Below, in pieces: positions 27,314-36,331 of a stretch of 64,000 nt of DNA. Each line of letters begins with the position of its first letter. Position 1 is the first letter of the stretch. The translations under genes were made by a program, and so were the position numbers. This DNA is from an uncultured delta proteobacterium (lineage in GTDB: Bacteria; Myxococcota_A; Polyangia; Palsa-1104). Below the pieces are notes generated by a model. That model saw only the letters and a list, made by a program, of their open reading frames with translations, ran no database searches and was not told the origin of the DNA. The DNA is taken from contig CAWAWS010000024.1 of NCBI GenBank assembly GCA_963785725.1, positions 6,937 through 70,936 on the forward strand, read 5' to 3'.

Positions 27314-28062
27314 GACGGTCGGCGGCGACGCGCGAACAGGAGCAGGAGCGCGCCGGAGAACAGCGCCGCGCCCGCCGACGAAGCCGCGCCCGCGACGACG
27401 CTGCAGCCGCTCGCATGCTTGGCCGGCGTCGCCGTCGTGCCGCCGCCGCCGGCGCCACCGCCGCCGTCGACGGTCACGGCCGTCGACTGAATCGAGATGT
27501 CGGCGCAGTGGTGATAGTAGCAGCCGCCCGGATTGTTCAGCGGATGCTGCCCCATGAACTCGAGCACCTGCAGCGTGCACTTGTCGCAGGTGACGTTGTC
27601 CGGCAGCTTCAGCTGAATCGTCTGCGGCTCGGTGAACGGCTGATCGTGCTCGAAGATGCCGTCGGCGAGCACGGGAAACACCGCCGGGGACTGGATCGGC
27701 ACGCTGCCGCAGGGCGACATGTCGTCCGGCGTCACCGTCGGCTCGGGCGGCAGGTCACTGCGATTCGTCGCCAGCGCGATCCGATAGTGCCCGGGGTGAA
27801 AGATGATCTCGTTGATCGTGATCGTGATCGTCTGTCCCGTTTGAAACGCCGTCACCGTTCCCGTCGGTGTGCCCGGCGTCTCGTCGCCGCAAGGGCCGAG
27901 CTTCTCCGGCAGCCCGAGCGAATCCTGCGACATCCAACAGGCCGGCTCCTGCAGGTTGAAGTGCGCGTCGGCGTCGCCGGCGAACAGCCCGACCGCGACG
28001 AAGACGGCCGCGCCGGCGCCGAACCGATGACGCGGCAGATGACCCGAGCGAGCGACAGCCAT
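27310..28062 (-). CDS. secreted protein with mature N-terminal His (LPMO/His-brace-like) and MYXO-CTERM anchor
   Basis: GGAGG then ATG 28062. Signal ...VAVGLFAGDADA|HFNLQEP. Also FHPGHY and YYHHC. Gly-rich linker. C-terminal GC-hydrophobic-RRRR tail (GCSVVAGAASSAGAALFSGALLLLFARRRR). Confidence 0.7.
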   Translation of the reverse strand: MAVARSGHLPRHRFGAGAAVFVAVGLFAGDADAHFNLQEPACWMSQDSLGLPEKLGPCGDETPGTPTGTVTAFQTGQTITITINEIIFHPGHYRIALATNRSDLPPEPTVTPDDMSPCGSVPIQSPAVFPVLADGIFEHDQPFTEPQTIQLKLPDNVTCDKCTLQVLEFMGQHPLNNPGGCYYHHCADISIQSTAVTVDGGGGAGGGGTTATPAKHASGCSVVAGAASSAGAALFSGALLLLFARRRRPS

Positions 28063-28190
28063 GATGAACCTCCGTCGCCAGCTTACACCGCCGGGGCCGC
28101 GTCGTTCGCGCGGAAGTCGCCGCGCACATCGCCACGAAAGCTGTAACGAAATGCCGGCGCCCACATCCAAGCCGGCCGGCGACGACGCCG

Positions 28191-29687
28191 CTACGGCTTG
28201 GGGACGCGAATGGCGCGCTTGCGGATCGTCTTGTGCCGGTGCCGCGCGTGCAGGTCGATCTCCAGGCTCGCGTCCTCGTCCGGCTGCAGCACGAACTGCT
28301 CGGTCACGCCGCGCGCGCCCAGCTCGACCGCCAGCACGTGCACGGCGCCGGCGTCGATGCCGACGAGGCGCGTCGGGCTGCGCTCGGGAAGCTCGTGTCC
28401 GTCGAGCCGCAGCGTCGCGCCGCCGGGCACGCTGACGACCTCGAGCGTGCCCTTCGGCCGCGGCGCCGGCGCCGGCGGCACCGGCGCGACCGTCGCCGCG
28501 CGCGTGGCCGGCTCGGGCGTGACGTGCGCCGGCTCGGTCGGCCGCGTCGTGACCGTCGCCGTCGTCGCCGTCGCCGCATGGCGCAGATGCCGCAACACGC
28601 CCGCCGTCGCGCCCGCCGTGATGGCGACGAGCGCCAGCGCCGCCGCCGTGCGCCACGTCAGGGTCGTGCGCGCCGCCAGCGGCGGCTGCGGCAGCCACGC
28701 CGGCAAGCGCGTGTCGAGCGGGCCGCTGTTGTGACCGACGGCGACCGGCGACGTCAGCGGTCGCGCCACGGCCAACGCCGTGCGGCCGCGCTCGATGCGC
28801 GTGACCTCGACGCCGTCCCAGCCGCTCGAGCCGACGAGCGCGCGCACCCACGCCGCCAACGCCATCGCCGACGACGACGCCAGCCCTTCGTGCGCCAGCG
28901 CCTCCAGCGCCGATTGCAGCGCCCGCGCCGTCGGAAAACGTCGCCCCGACTCGCGATCGAGCGCGCGCAACACGATCGCCTCCAGCCGCGTGTCGAAGCC
29001 GCCGGCCAGCGTCGACGGCGGCGCCGGCGCGGCCTCCGAATGCAGTCGCCGTCCGACGGTCAGCTCGTAGACGAGCGCGCCCAACGCGAACACGTCGCTG
29101 CGCCGATCGAACGTCTCGCCCCGCCGCTGCTCGGGGCTGAAGTAGACGAGCCGCTCCACCGACGTCGCCGCCGGCCCGAGCTGCAGCATGATGTTTCCGT
29201 CGTGACCGATGCGCACGCGCGACGGCGCGACATGGCCGTGCACGAGCGTCCGACCGCTGCCGGCGCGACTCTCGTGAATATGGTGCAGCGCCGCCGCCAG
29301 CGCGATCGCCAGCTGCAGCGCGTGCGCCACCGGCATCCGCTGCCCGCGCTCGACGAGCTTGGCCAACACCGCGCTCAGCTCCTCGCCCGGCCGCTGCGCG
29401 ACGGCGATCCACGCCGGCTCGCTTGTCGGCGAGACCGCGACGATCGGCGTCAGATGCGCGTGTCTGAGCGGCGCCAACGTGCGCGCGTCCTCGAGCAGCC
29501 GTCCCAGCGCCGCGCGATCGGGCGTCGGCGCCAGCCGCTCGACGAGCGCGAGCTCGCCCGGCGCCGCCCGGCCGAGCCAGCGTTCGGCCACGTCGCCGAC
29601 CTCGAGCCGCTCGATGAGCTCGTAACGTCCCAGGCGCTGCCCCAGGACGAACGGCGCGCGATGTCGTCCCCCCTCGATGGAACGCAC
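28191..29687 (-). CDS. pseudokinase-TM-PEGA protein
   Basis: GTG 29687 proposed (the track ATG 29909 would add a Cys/Arg-rich leader over the divergent promoter). Kinase fold is recognisable, but VAIK Lys, HRD (HGHVAPSR) and DFG (LQLG) are all lost. TM AAALALVAITAGATAGVL. C-terminal PEGA-like VVSVPGGATLRLDG. Confidence 0.75.
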   Translation of the reverse strand: MRSIEGGRHRAPFVLGQRLGRYELIERLEVGDVAERWLGRAAPGELALVERLAPTPDRAALGRLLEDARTLAPLRHAHLTPIVAVSPTSEPAWIAVAQRPGEELSAVLAKLVERGQRMPVAHALQLAIALAAALHHIHESRAGSGRTLVHGHVAPSRVRIGHDGNIMLQLGPAATSVERLVYFSPEQRRGETFDRRSDVFALGALVYELTVGRRLHSEAAPAPPSTLAGGFDTRLEAIVLRALDRESGRRFPTARALQSALEALAHEGLASSSAMALAAWVRALVGSSGWDGVEVTRIERGRTALAVARPLTSPVAVGHNSGPLDTRLPAWLPQPPLAARTTLTWRTAAALALVAITAGATAGVLRHLRHAATATTATVTTRPTEPAHVTPEPATRAATVAPVPPAPAPRPKGTLEVVSVPGGATLRLDGHELPERSPTRLVGIDAGAVHVLAVELGARGVTEQFVLQPDEDASLEIDLHARHRHKTIRKRAIRVPKP

Positions 29688-29898
29688 GATAGCGACGGCG
29701 CCGCCCGCGCGGCACCAAACTAGTTGGAGAGCGCGGCAAGGAAGTTTGCGCCCTGTATTTTCGCAGGCCACATGGGAGCGCCACGCGCAATCGCGGTCGC
29801 CACCTCGCGAAGCCACAAGGACGCGCGAAACCCGTGCGGCACAACGAGCAACGAGCGGCACGACGAGTGCACAAAGCAGCTCACACAGGGAGGCAACG

Positions 29899-30663
29899 AT
29901 GCAGGACAACGGCGGCGTGCAGAAGGTTCAGCTCAAACTGGGTGAGATCGTCTCCTCTGCATCACAAACGTTCTCGGAAAACTGGAAGCCGCTCGTCCTC
30001 TCACAGCTCGTGCTGATGGGCTGCATCTTCATCCCCATTCTCGTCTGCGGCATCCTCGTCGGCGGCACGGCGCTGCTCACGCACGGCGCGCACAACAACT
30101 TGCTCGCCGGTGTCGGCATAACGGCCGGTGTCGGCACGGCGGCCGGCGTCGTCGTTTTGTTGACGATGATCGGCCCAGCCAGCTTCCGCATGGTCGTGGC
30201 CGCTGCCCGCGGCGGAAAGCCGCAGATGTCCGACCTCTTCAGCCGACCGTTCCAGCGCGCCGGCACCCTCGTCGCGTCGAGTCTGCTCGTGGGCATCGCG
30301 ATCTGCTGCGGCAGCATCCTGTTCTTGATTCCCGGCCTCATGGCGGCGACGGGCTTTTCGATGGCGCACTACTTCATCATCGAGGACGACGAGATCGGTG
30401 TCGTGGATTCGATGAAGGCGAGCTGGACCTTGATGTACGGCTACAAGCGCAGGTACTTCAACGTCATGGCGCTGTTCGGGCTGTCGAGCATGTTCATCAA
30501 CCTGATCCTGCAGTCGATTCCGTTCCTCTTCCCGGTGGCGCTGTCGTTCCAGCTCTTGTCGACGCTGTTCGGCTGGCTGATGGTCGCGACCATCTACGCG
30601 CGGCTGCGCCCGATGCCGGCGCCGTTGTCGCAGCAGCAGCCCGTCTTGAGCGCGTCCGCGTAA
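29899..30663 (+). CDS. polytopic membrane protein, unknown function
   Basis: GGAGG then ATG 29899. 5-6 TM helices. The upstream part of track ORF 29677-30663 was not called. Confidence 0.65.
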   Translation: MQDNGGVQKVQLKLGEIVSSASQTFSENWKPLVLSQLVLMGCIFIPILVCGILVGGTALLTHGAHNNLLAGVGITAGVGTAAGVVVLLTMIGPASFRMVVAAARGGKPQMSDLFSRPFQRAGTLVASSLLVGIAICCGSILFLIPGLMAATGFSMAHYFIIEDDEIGVVDSMKASWTLMYGYKRRYFNVMALFGLSSMFINLILQSIPFLFPVALSFQLLSTLFGWLMVATIYARLRPMPAPLSQQQPVLSASA

Positions 30664-30669
30664 TCCTCG

Positions 30670-31911
30670 CTATTCGTAGCGCAGCGCCTCGACCGGATCG
30701 AGCCGCGCCGCCCGCCAGGCCGGAAACAGGCCGAACACGATCCCCGTCGTAATCGACAGCGCCAGGCCGAGCCCGATCGACCACCACTCGACGTGCATCG
30801 TCCAGCTGCCCAGCATCTTCGTCAGCACGAACGCGATCAGCGACGCCATCGCCACGCCGCCGAGCACGCCGATGATGCCACCCGTCAACGCGATCAGCGC
30901 CGACTCCAGCAGAAACTGCACGAGGATCGACGTCGGATTGGCGCCGATCGCGCGGCGCACGCCTATCTCGCGCGTCCGCTCGGTCACCGTCACCAGCATG
31001 ATGTTCATGATGTTGATGCCGCCGACGAAGAGCGACAACAAGCCGGTCCCGAGCAGCAGCACCTTGATGACGCTGACGATGACCTCGAACTGCTGCGCGT
31101 CCTGGCTCGAGCGATCGATCTTGAAGTTCTCGACGCCGTAATGGCGCCGCGACACGGTGGCCTCGATGGCTTTGCGCGCGATGTCCAGGCGCGCCGGCAG
31201 CGGCATCTCGCTATCGCCGATGCGCACGAAGATCGAATCGACGCTGTGCGCGCTGTCGAACACGGCGTCGAACGTCGAGCGCGGCACGAGCACCTTCGAG
31301 TTCCACATCCACGGCCCGTCGCCGCCGCCGAGGCCCGGCTTGGGCACGAGCACGCCGACGACGGTCCACTGCGACTTATCGGCGGTCAACGCCTTGCCCA
31401 GCGCGTCGCCGTCGGGGAACAGCTCGCGCGCGACGTTGGCGCCGATGACGCAGACGCGATCGCCGCGGGTCACGTCGTCAGCGCTGATGAAGCGGCCCTT
31501 GTCGATGCCGAGCCGATGCAGCGACATGGCGACGGGCTCGACGCCGGTCAACGCGATGCGCTTCTTCTCCTTGCCGTAATAAACGCGCGTCCAGCGGTCC
31601 TTCTCGCTCGTGACGTGTGCGCCCGGCAAGACCGGCGAGCCGTCGAGCACCTGGCTGTCGGCGCGCCCCAGCTCGCGCCGCGTCTTTTGCGCCTGCTTGA
31701 CCGGCGCCTCGTCGGCATCGACCTGCACGACGTCGTTGCCGGTCGCGTCTTGATCGCTGTTCAAGAGCGCCTCTTCGCCGCCCGTCAACAGCGACGCCAA
31801 GAGCACGATCGAGCCGGTGCCGATCATGATGCCGAGCAGCGTCAAGAGCGTGCGCCCGACGTTCGACGTCAGCGTGTGGCGCACCGAGCGCACTTGGTCG
31901 ACGAGCCGCAT
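30670..31911 (-). CDS. ABC transporter permease, MacB/FtsX type
   Basis: Internal ATG 31911. N-terminal TM (LLTLLGIMIGTGSIV), large periplasmic domain, and C-terminal FtsX helices (ERTREIGVRRAIGA...). Confidence 0.85.
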   Translation of the reverse strand: MRLVDQVRSVRHTLTSNVGRTLLTLLGIMIGTGSIVLLASLLTGGEEALLNSDQDATGNDVVQVDADEAPVKQAQKTRRELGRADSQVLDGSPVLPGAHVTSEKDRWTRVYYGKEKKRIALTGVEPVAMSLHRLGIDKGRFISADDVTRGDRVCVIGANVARELFPDGDALGKALTADKSQWTVVGVLVPKPGLGGGDGPWMWNSKVLVPRSTFDAVFDSAHSVDSIFVRIGDSEMPLPARLDIARKAIEATVSRRHYGVENFKIDRSSQDAQQFEVIVSVIKVLLLGTGLLSLFVGGINIMNIMLVTVTERTREIGVRRAIGANPTSILVQFLLESALIALTGGIIGVLGGVAMASLIAFVLTKMLGSWTMHVEWWSIGLGLALSITTGIVFGLFPAWRAARLDPVEALRYE

Positions 31912-33143
31912 CAGTTCCCTCGTATCGCGGTGATGGCGTCGAGCTTGGACGCACGCCGCGCCGGAAAGTAGCCGAACAAGAGACCGATGCCGACCGACAC
32001 CGCGAGCGCGATGATGACGCTCTCGTCGGCGACCACGGTGACCCAGCGCGGCTTGAAGTGGCGAATGAGCGTCGACGCGGCGATGGCGGCCGCGACGCCG
32101 CTGCCGGCGCCGATGAGCCCGCCCGTGCCCGATAAGACCATCGCTTCGAGCAGGAACTGGCGGCCGATGTCGCTCGGATTGGCGCCGATGGCCTTGCGGA
32201 TGCCGATCTCGCGCACGCGCTCCGAGACGCTGACGAGCATCATGTTCATGACGCCGACGCCACCGACGAGCAGCGCGATGCCGGCGATGAAGCCGACGAT
32301 GATCGACATGATGCGGAAAAAGCCGGTGAACTGATTCATGATCCCGGAGAAGTCGAAGATCTGGAAGTCGTCGACGCCGTGATGGCGCTCCGTCAGGATG
32401 ACGTTGGCGACGCGCTTGACGATCTCGTTCGACTGCTGCACATCGCTCTTGAGCTGCAGATGCGCCGACGGCCTCACTTTGGGATCGACGTCGGCCATCG
32501 TCTCGAACGGCGCCACCAAATAGTCGAGGCGATCGAGGCCGAAGAAGTTGCCGAGGAACTCGCGGCTGTTCGACTGTCCGACGACGCGGCAGCGCAAGCC
32601 GCCCACTTGCAGCGTGTGACCGACCGCGTCGCCGTCCCACAAACGCAGCGCCGTCTTGTGGCCGATGACGCACACTTTTTGATGGCGCATGTTCTCTTCG
32701 TCGCTGAAGAAGCGCCCTTTGCCGACGGCGAGCCCCATGTTGTCGAACCAGTCGCCGTCGCCGGCGAAGACGTCGATGCGGCCGAGCTGCCCGTTGTCGG
32801 CGATGACGTCCTTGCGCCCGAGCCGCGAGTACATCGTGTGGCCTTCGAGATGCGGCACCGTCTCGAACAGCGCGTCGCGATCTTGGCGCGTCAGACCGCG
32901 CGTGTAGCTCGACGCCTTGCCCTCTTCGCGCTCGGCCTCTTTGGGAAAGACCGCCAACAGCCGCGCGCCGCCGAGCTCCTCGAGGTCGCGCAAGAGCGTC
33001 GTCGAGCCCGACTGCGCCAGCGACGACATGAGCACGATCGAGAACGCGCCCACGGTGATGCTGAGCACCGTCAACAGCGAGCGAAACTTGTGCGCGACGA
33101 GGACTTTGCGCGCGATGTTGACGTACTCGAGCCACATGGCCAT
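31911..33143 (-). CDS. ABC transporter permease, MacB/FtsX type (paralogue)
   Basis: Same architecture (ERVREIGIRKAIGA). Stop overlaps the downstream start by 1 nt. Start could be 33137, 33143 or 33149. Confidence 0.85.
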   Translation of the reverse strand: MAMWLEYVNIARKVLVAHKFRSLLTVLSITVGAFSIVLMSSLAQSGSTTLLRDLEELGGARLLAVFPKEAEREEGKASSYTRGLTRQDRDALFETVPHLEGHTMYSRLGRKDVIADNGQLGRIDVFAGDGDWFDNMGLAVGKGRFFSDEENMRHQKVCVIGHKTALRLWDGDAVGHTLQVGGLRCRVVGQSNSREFLGNFFGLDRLDYLVAPFETMADVDPKVRPSAHLQLKSDVQQSNEIVKRVANVILTERHHGVDDFQIFDFSGIMNQFTGFFRIMSIIVGFIAGIALLVGGVGVMNMMLVSVSERVREIGIRKAIGANPSDIGRQFLLEAMVLSGTGGLIGAGSGVAAAIAASTLIRHFKPRWVTVVADESVIIALAVSVGIGLLFGYFPARRASKLDAITAIRGN

Positions 33144-33302
33144 TACCACGCGCGCACGGGTTCCTCGAAGCTGCAGTCGCTTGCAACGGGCGAGATCGGC
33201 GATCGGGGCGAGACGGGCAGGAAGATCATGGCGCCTCTGTATAATGTCCGCTGCGAAGGGAAAGTTTCCCCTGCCGCAACGGAAAGCGCCATCGAGGTAT
33301 TC

Positions 33303-33335
33303 CCGCGGCCGCCCGATCGTGTCGAGCGGCCGCGG
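33303..33335 (-). terminator. GC-rich hairpin downstream of the lipoprotein gene (candidate terminator)
   Basis: 10-bp perfect stem CCGCGGCCGC / GCGGCCGCGG with a 13-nt loop, 55 nt after the 33390 stop. No clear U-tract. Confidence 0.3.
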
Positions 33336-33389
33336 AATTTATCGCGTCAAGACTGCGTGCGCAGGCTGGCGAGCCGCGGAATCAGTCGC

Positions 33390-34193
33390 TTATTGGCCGG
33401 CGCAGTAGCCGGCGCCGTTCGCCTGGTTGGCGAAGGCGTTGCACGCCAACGTCACAGCGCCCATGTCGGTGCCGGGCGCCGTCGGGCAGGCCGTGGCCGT
33501 GCTGCAGTTCGGCAAGCACCAGTAAATGCCCTGCTGGCCCGTGCTGTCGCACTCGAGGCCGGTGGCGCAGTCGCTGTCCTGCTGGCAGGCGGTGAACTCG
33601 GCGCCGGTACCGGTCAGCTTGCACACGAAGAAGCCGTTCTCGGTCGCCTGCGTGGTGCTGATGTCGTCGACGGCGGTGCTGCAGTCGGTGCCCGTCGCGC
33701 AGTCGGTGCCGCCGGGCGTGCAGGTCGGCAAGCAGACGCCGTACTTCGACGTGAAGCCGGCGCAGGACTGGCCGCTCGTCGTGCAGGTCGAATCGGCCGT
33801 GCAGACCTTGCGGCACAAAGGCATGCCACCGACGGTGTCGTCGCAAATGAAGCCGGCGAGGCAGTTGTCCTGATTCGTCGTCATGTCGACGGTGCAGGCT
33901 TGGCCTTCGGCGACCGTGCCGTTGGCGACGCAGGTGCCGCCGCCTTTGCCGGGCACGCACTTGTCGCCCGTCGGGCAGCCTGTCTGGTTGGGCACGCTAC
34001 AAGCCGGCATCTTCATGTCGGCGCCGGCGCCGCCGTCGCTGCTGCCGCTGCCGCCGCCGGCGCCGCCGACGCTCATGTCGGCGCCGCTCGACGAGCCGCC
34101 GCCGCCGCCCGAGCCGTTACCGCCGGTGCCACCCTTGTTCGAACCGCCGCAGCCAACGCTCAGAACGAGTAGAAAGGAAAGTGTGAATCGCAT
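33390..34193 (-). CDS. Cys-rich repeat lipoprotein with Gly/Ser linker
   Basis: Lipobox LVLSVG|C, GGSGGGGG linker, then repeated C...C..G..C modules (CPTGDKCVPGKGGGTCV, DSDCATGLECD...). Confidence 0.7.
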   Translation of the reverse strand: MRFTLSFLLVLSVGCGGSNKGGTGGNGSGGGGGSSSGADMSVGGAGGGSGSSDGGAGADMKMPACSVPNQTGCPTGDKCVPGKGGGTCVANGTVAEGQACTVDMTTNQDNCLAGFICDDTVGGMPLCRKVCTADSTCTTSGQSCAGFTSKYGVCLPTCTPGGTDCATGTDCSTAVDDISTTQATENGFFVCKLTGTGAEFTACQQDSDCATGLECDSTGQQGIYWCLPNCSTATACPTAPGTDMGAVTLACNAFANQANGAGYCAGQ

Positions 34194-34402
34194 GTGCGCC
34201 TCCGTTGAGAAAGCGCATCTGTAAGCCCGTCGGAAACGCTAGCGCAACGAGACAATGCTTTGCACACGAGCGGAAGCAACGGATATTTAAGGTTAATCGC
34301 GGGCGGTATGGGTGGCGCCGGGACATCTTCGGCGCGACTGGGCAGGGTTACTTCCGGACTGTTCGTTTCGGCGACAGCGCTGCCGGTGAATCGGACAGTG
34401 CT

Positions 34403-34657
34403 TCAGCGGACCAACGGCTCCGGCAGCATCTCGTAGAGCGCGCCGTTGAGCCGGTGGAAGTAGTCCGACAGCCGCTGCAGGACGTCGCGGTCGACCGCGT
34501 CGCGCGCCTCCGCTTCGGCGCCGCGCAGCTCGGCACCGACGGACTGGACGGCGTCGAGCGCGCTGGCGATGACGAGCGGGCTGCGATCCTCGACCACCAG
34601 GCCGAGCAGCGCTTTGACGTGACGAATGCCGGCTTCGAGAGTCTCCAAGTCACTCAT
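34403..34657 (-). CDS. small hypothetical protein downstream of the NtrC-like gene
   Basis: Internal ATG 34657 (MSDLETLEAGIRHVKALLGLVV...). Helical, non-shadow composition. Confidence 0.4.
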   Translation of the reverse strand: MSDLETLEAGIRHVKALLGLVVEDRSPLVIASALDAVQSVGAELRGAEAEARDAVDRDVLQRLSDYFHRLNGALYEMLPEPLVR

Positions 34658-34876
34658 GCCTCGAACAATGAGCAAGCGTCGGGCCACTTGCATCGACGCG
34701 CCAAAGCCCTAGTCGCGCGCAAAAACGGGGCGGCGCGCGCGCCGGCAGCGACGCGAAATCGACCACACGACAGCGTGCGCTGCGAACGCCAGAATTTCGA
34801 CGAGCGCCAACGCGATGTGGGCGAGCGGACGATGACCGCGGGTGAGGACGAAACGAAATGACGCGCGCGCGAGCGG

Positions 34877-36307
34877 CTACTCTTCGATATCGGTGTCGCT
34901 GTCGGACAAGCCGTACTTGCGCAGCTTGCCGTGCAACGTCGCGCGGTTGATGCCGAGCTGACGCGCGGCGTGGCTGCGATTGCCGCGACTGGCCTCGAGC
35001 GCCGAGACGATGAGCCCGCGCTCGTAAGCGTCGATGCGATCTTTGAGCTCGAGCTGGCCGGCGCCTTCTTTGGCCGCGGCCGTCGCCGCGACGGGCGCGG
35101 TCGGCAGCGGGCCGGCTTGGCTGCCCGTCGTCTGCACGGTCGCCGCGTGCGCGTGCGGATTCGCCGACGGCAAGAGCGACAGGTCGAGCTCGCCTTGCGA
35201 CAGCGCGACGACGCTCTCGATCGCGTTCTCCAGCTCGCGAACATTGCCCGGCCACGAATATTGCGTCAGCCGCTCGAGCAAGGGCGGCGTCAGCTTGAAC
35301 GGCCCGACACCGAAGCGGCGCGAAAACTCGCTCAAGAAGTGCTTGGCCAGCACCGGAATGTCCTCGAGTCGTTCGCGCAGCGGGGCGATCTGCAGATGCA
35401 CGACTTTGAGGCGGTAATACAGATCCTCGCGGAACTTGCCTTCGTTCGCGAGCTGCAGGAGATCGCGATGCGTCGCGGCGATGATGCGCACGTCGACCTT
35501 GAAGACGCGATCCTCGCCGACGGGCCGCACTTCGCCCTCTTGCAGCACGCGCAAGAGCTTGGCTTGCGCGGCCGGCGCCAGCTCGCCGATCTCGTCGAGC
35601 AAGATCGTGCCGCCGTCGGCTTCGCGGAACAGGCCCGAGCGCGTCTTGACCGCGCCCGTGAACGCGCCTTTGGCGTGGCCGAACAGCTCCGCTTCGGCGA
35701 GCTCCGCGGTCAGCGCCGCGCAGTTGAAGCGCACGAACGGCTTCTCCGCGCGATGCGACGCCGACACCAGCGCCTCGGCCACGCGCTCTTTGCCGGTGCC
35801 GCTCTCGCCCGTCAACAGGACGGTCACGTCGCGCGGCGCGATGCGCTGCACCAGCACCGCCAGCTTGCTCATCGCCGGCGACTGGAAGATCAGCGAGCGC
35901 GACAGATGCAGCTCGCCCGACAGGCGCTCGACCTCGGCGCCCAAGCGCACCGCTTCCGTCGCGCGCCCGACGACCGCCATCAGCTCGGTCACCTCGAACG
36001 GCTTCTTGAAGTAGTCGAACGCGCCCGCCTTGATGGCGTCGACGGCGTGGCGCTCCGAGCCGTGCGCCGTGATCATGATCGTCTTCGGCTTCTTGCCCGG
36101 TCGATCGCGAATCGCCGCCAACAGCTCGAGGCCGTTCATGCGCGGCATCTGCAGATCGGTGATCACGATGTCGTATTCGCCCGCGTCCAGCTTCTCGAGC
36201 CCATCGACGCCATCGACCGCTTCGTCGACCGTCAGCTTGGCGTGCTCGAGGATTCCGCGGAGGGTGTAACGAACGGCCGAATCATCGTCGACGACGAGTG
36301 CGCGCAT
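34877..36307 (-). CDS. sigma-54-dependent response regulator (NtrC family)
   Basis: REC (ALVVDDD...IVITDLQMP), AAA+ with Walker A GESGTGKE and the GAFTGA loop, and a C-terminal Fis-type HTH (NRSHAARQLGINRATL). Confidence 0.92.
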   Translation of the reverse strand: MRALVVDDDSAVRYTLRGILEHAKLTVDEAVDGVDGLEKLDAGEYDIVITDLQMPRMNGLELLAAIRDRPGKKPKTIMITAHGSERHAVDAIKAGAFDYFKKPFEVTELMAVVGRATEAVRLGAEVERLSGELHLSRSLIFQSPAMSKLAVLVQRIAPRDVTVLLTGESGTGKERVAEALVSASHRAEKPFVRFNCAALTAELAEAELFGHAKGAFTGAVKTRSGLFREADGGTILLDEIGELAPAAQAKLLRVLQEGEVRPVGEDRVFKVDVRIIAATHRDLLQLANEGKFREDLYYRLKVVHLQIAPLRERLEDIPVLAKHFLSEFSRRFGVGPFKLTPPLLERLTQYSWPGNVRELENAIESVVALSQGELDLSLLPSANPHAHAATVQTTGSQAGPLPTAPVAATAAAKEGAGQLELKDRIDAYERGLIVSALEASRGNRSHAARQLGINRATLHGKLRKYGLSDSDTDIEE

Positions 36308-36331
36308 TAGGGATTCATCCGGAGACGCATC

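Noticed and set aside
28063-29909. The single 854-aa track ORF (27310-29874), and ATG 29909 as the pseudokinase start
   Set aside because: The 854-aa ORF is mostly an off-frame reading of the pseudokinase gene. ATG 29909 would add a Cys/Arg-rich leader covering the divergent promoter and the start of the 29899 gene.
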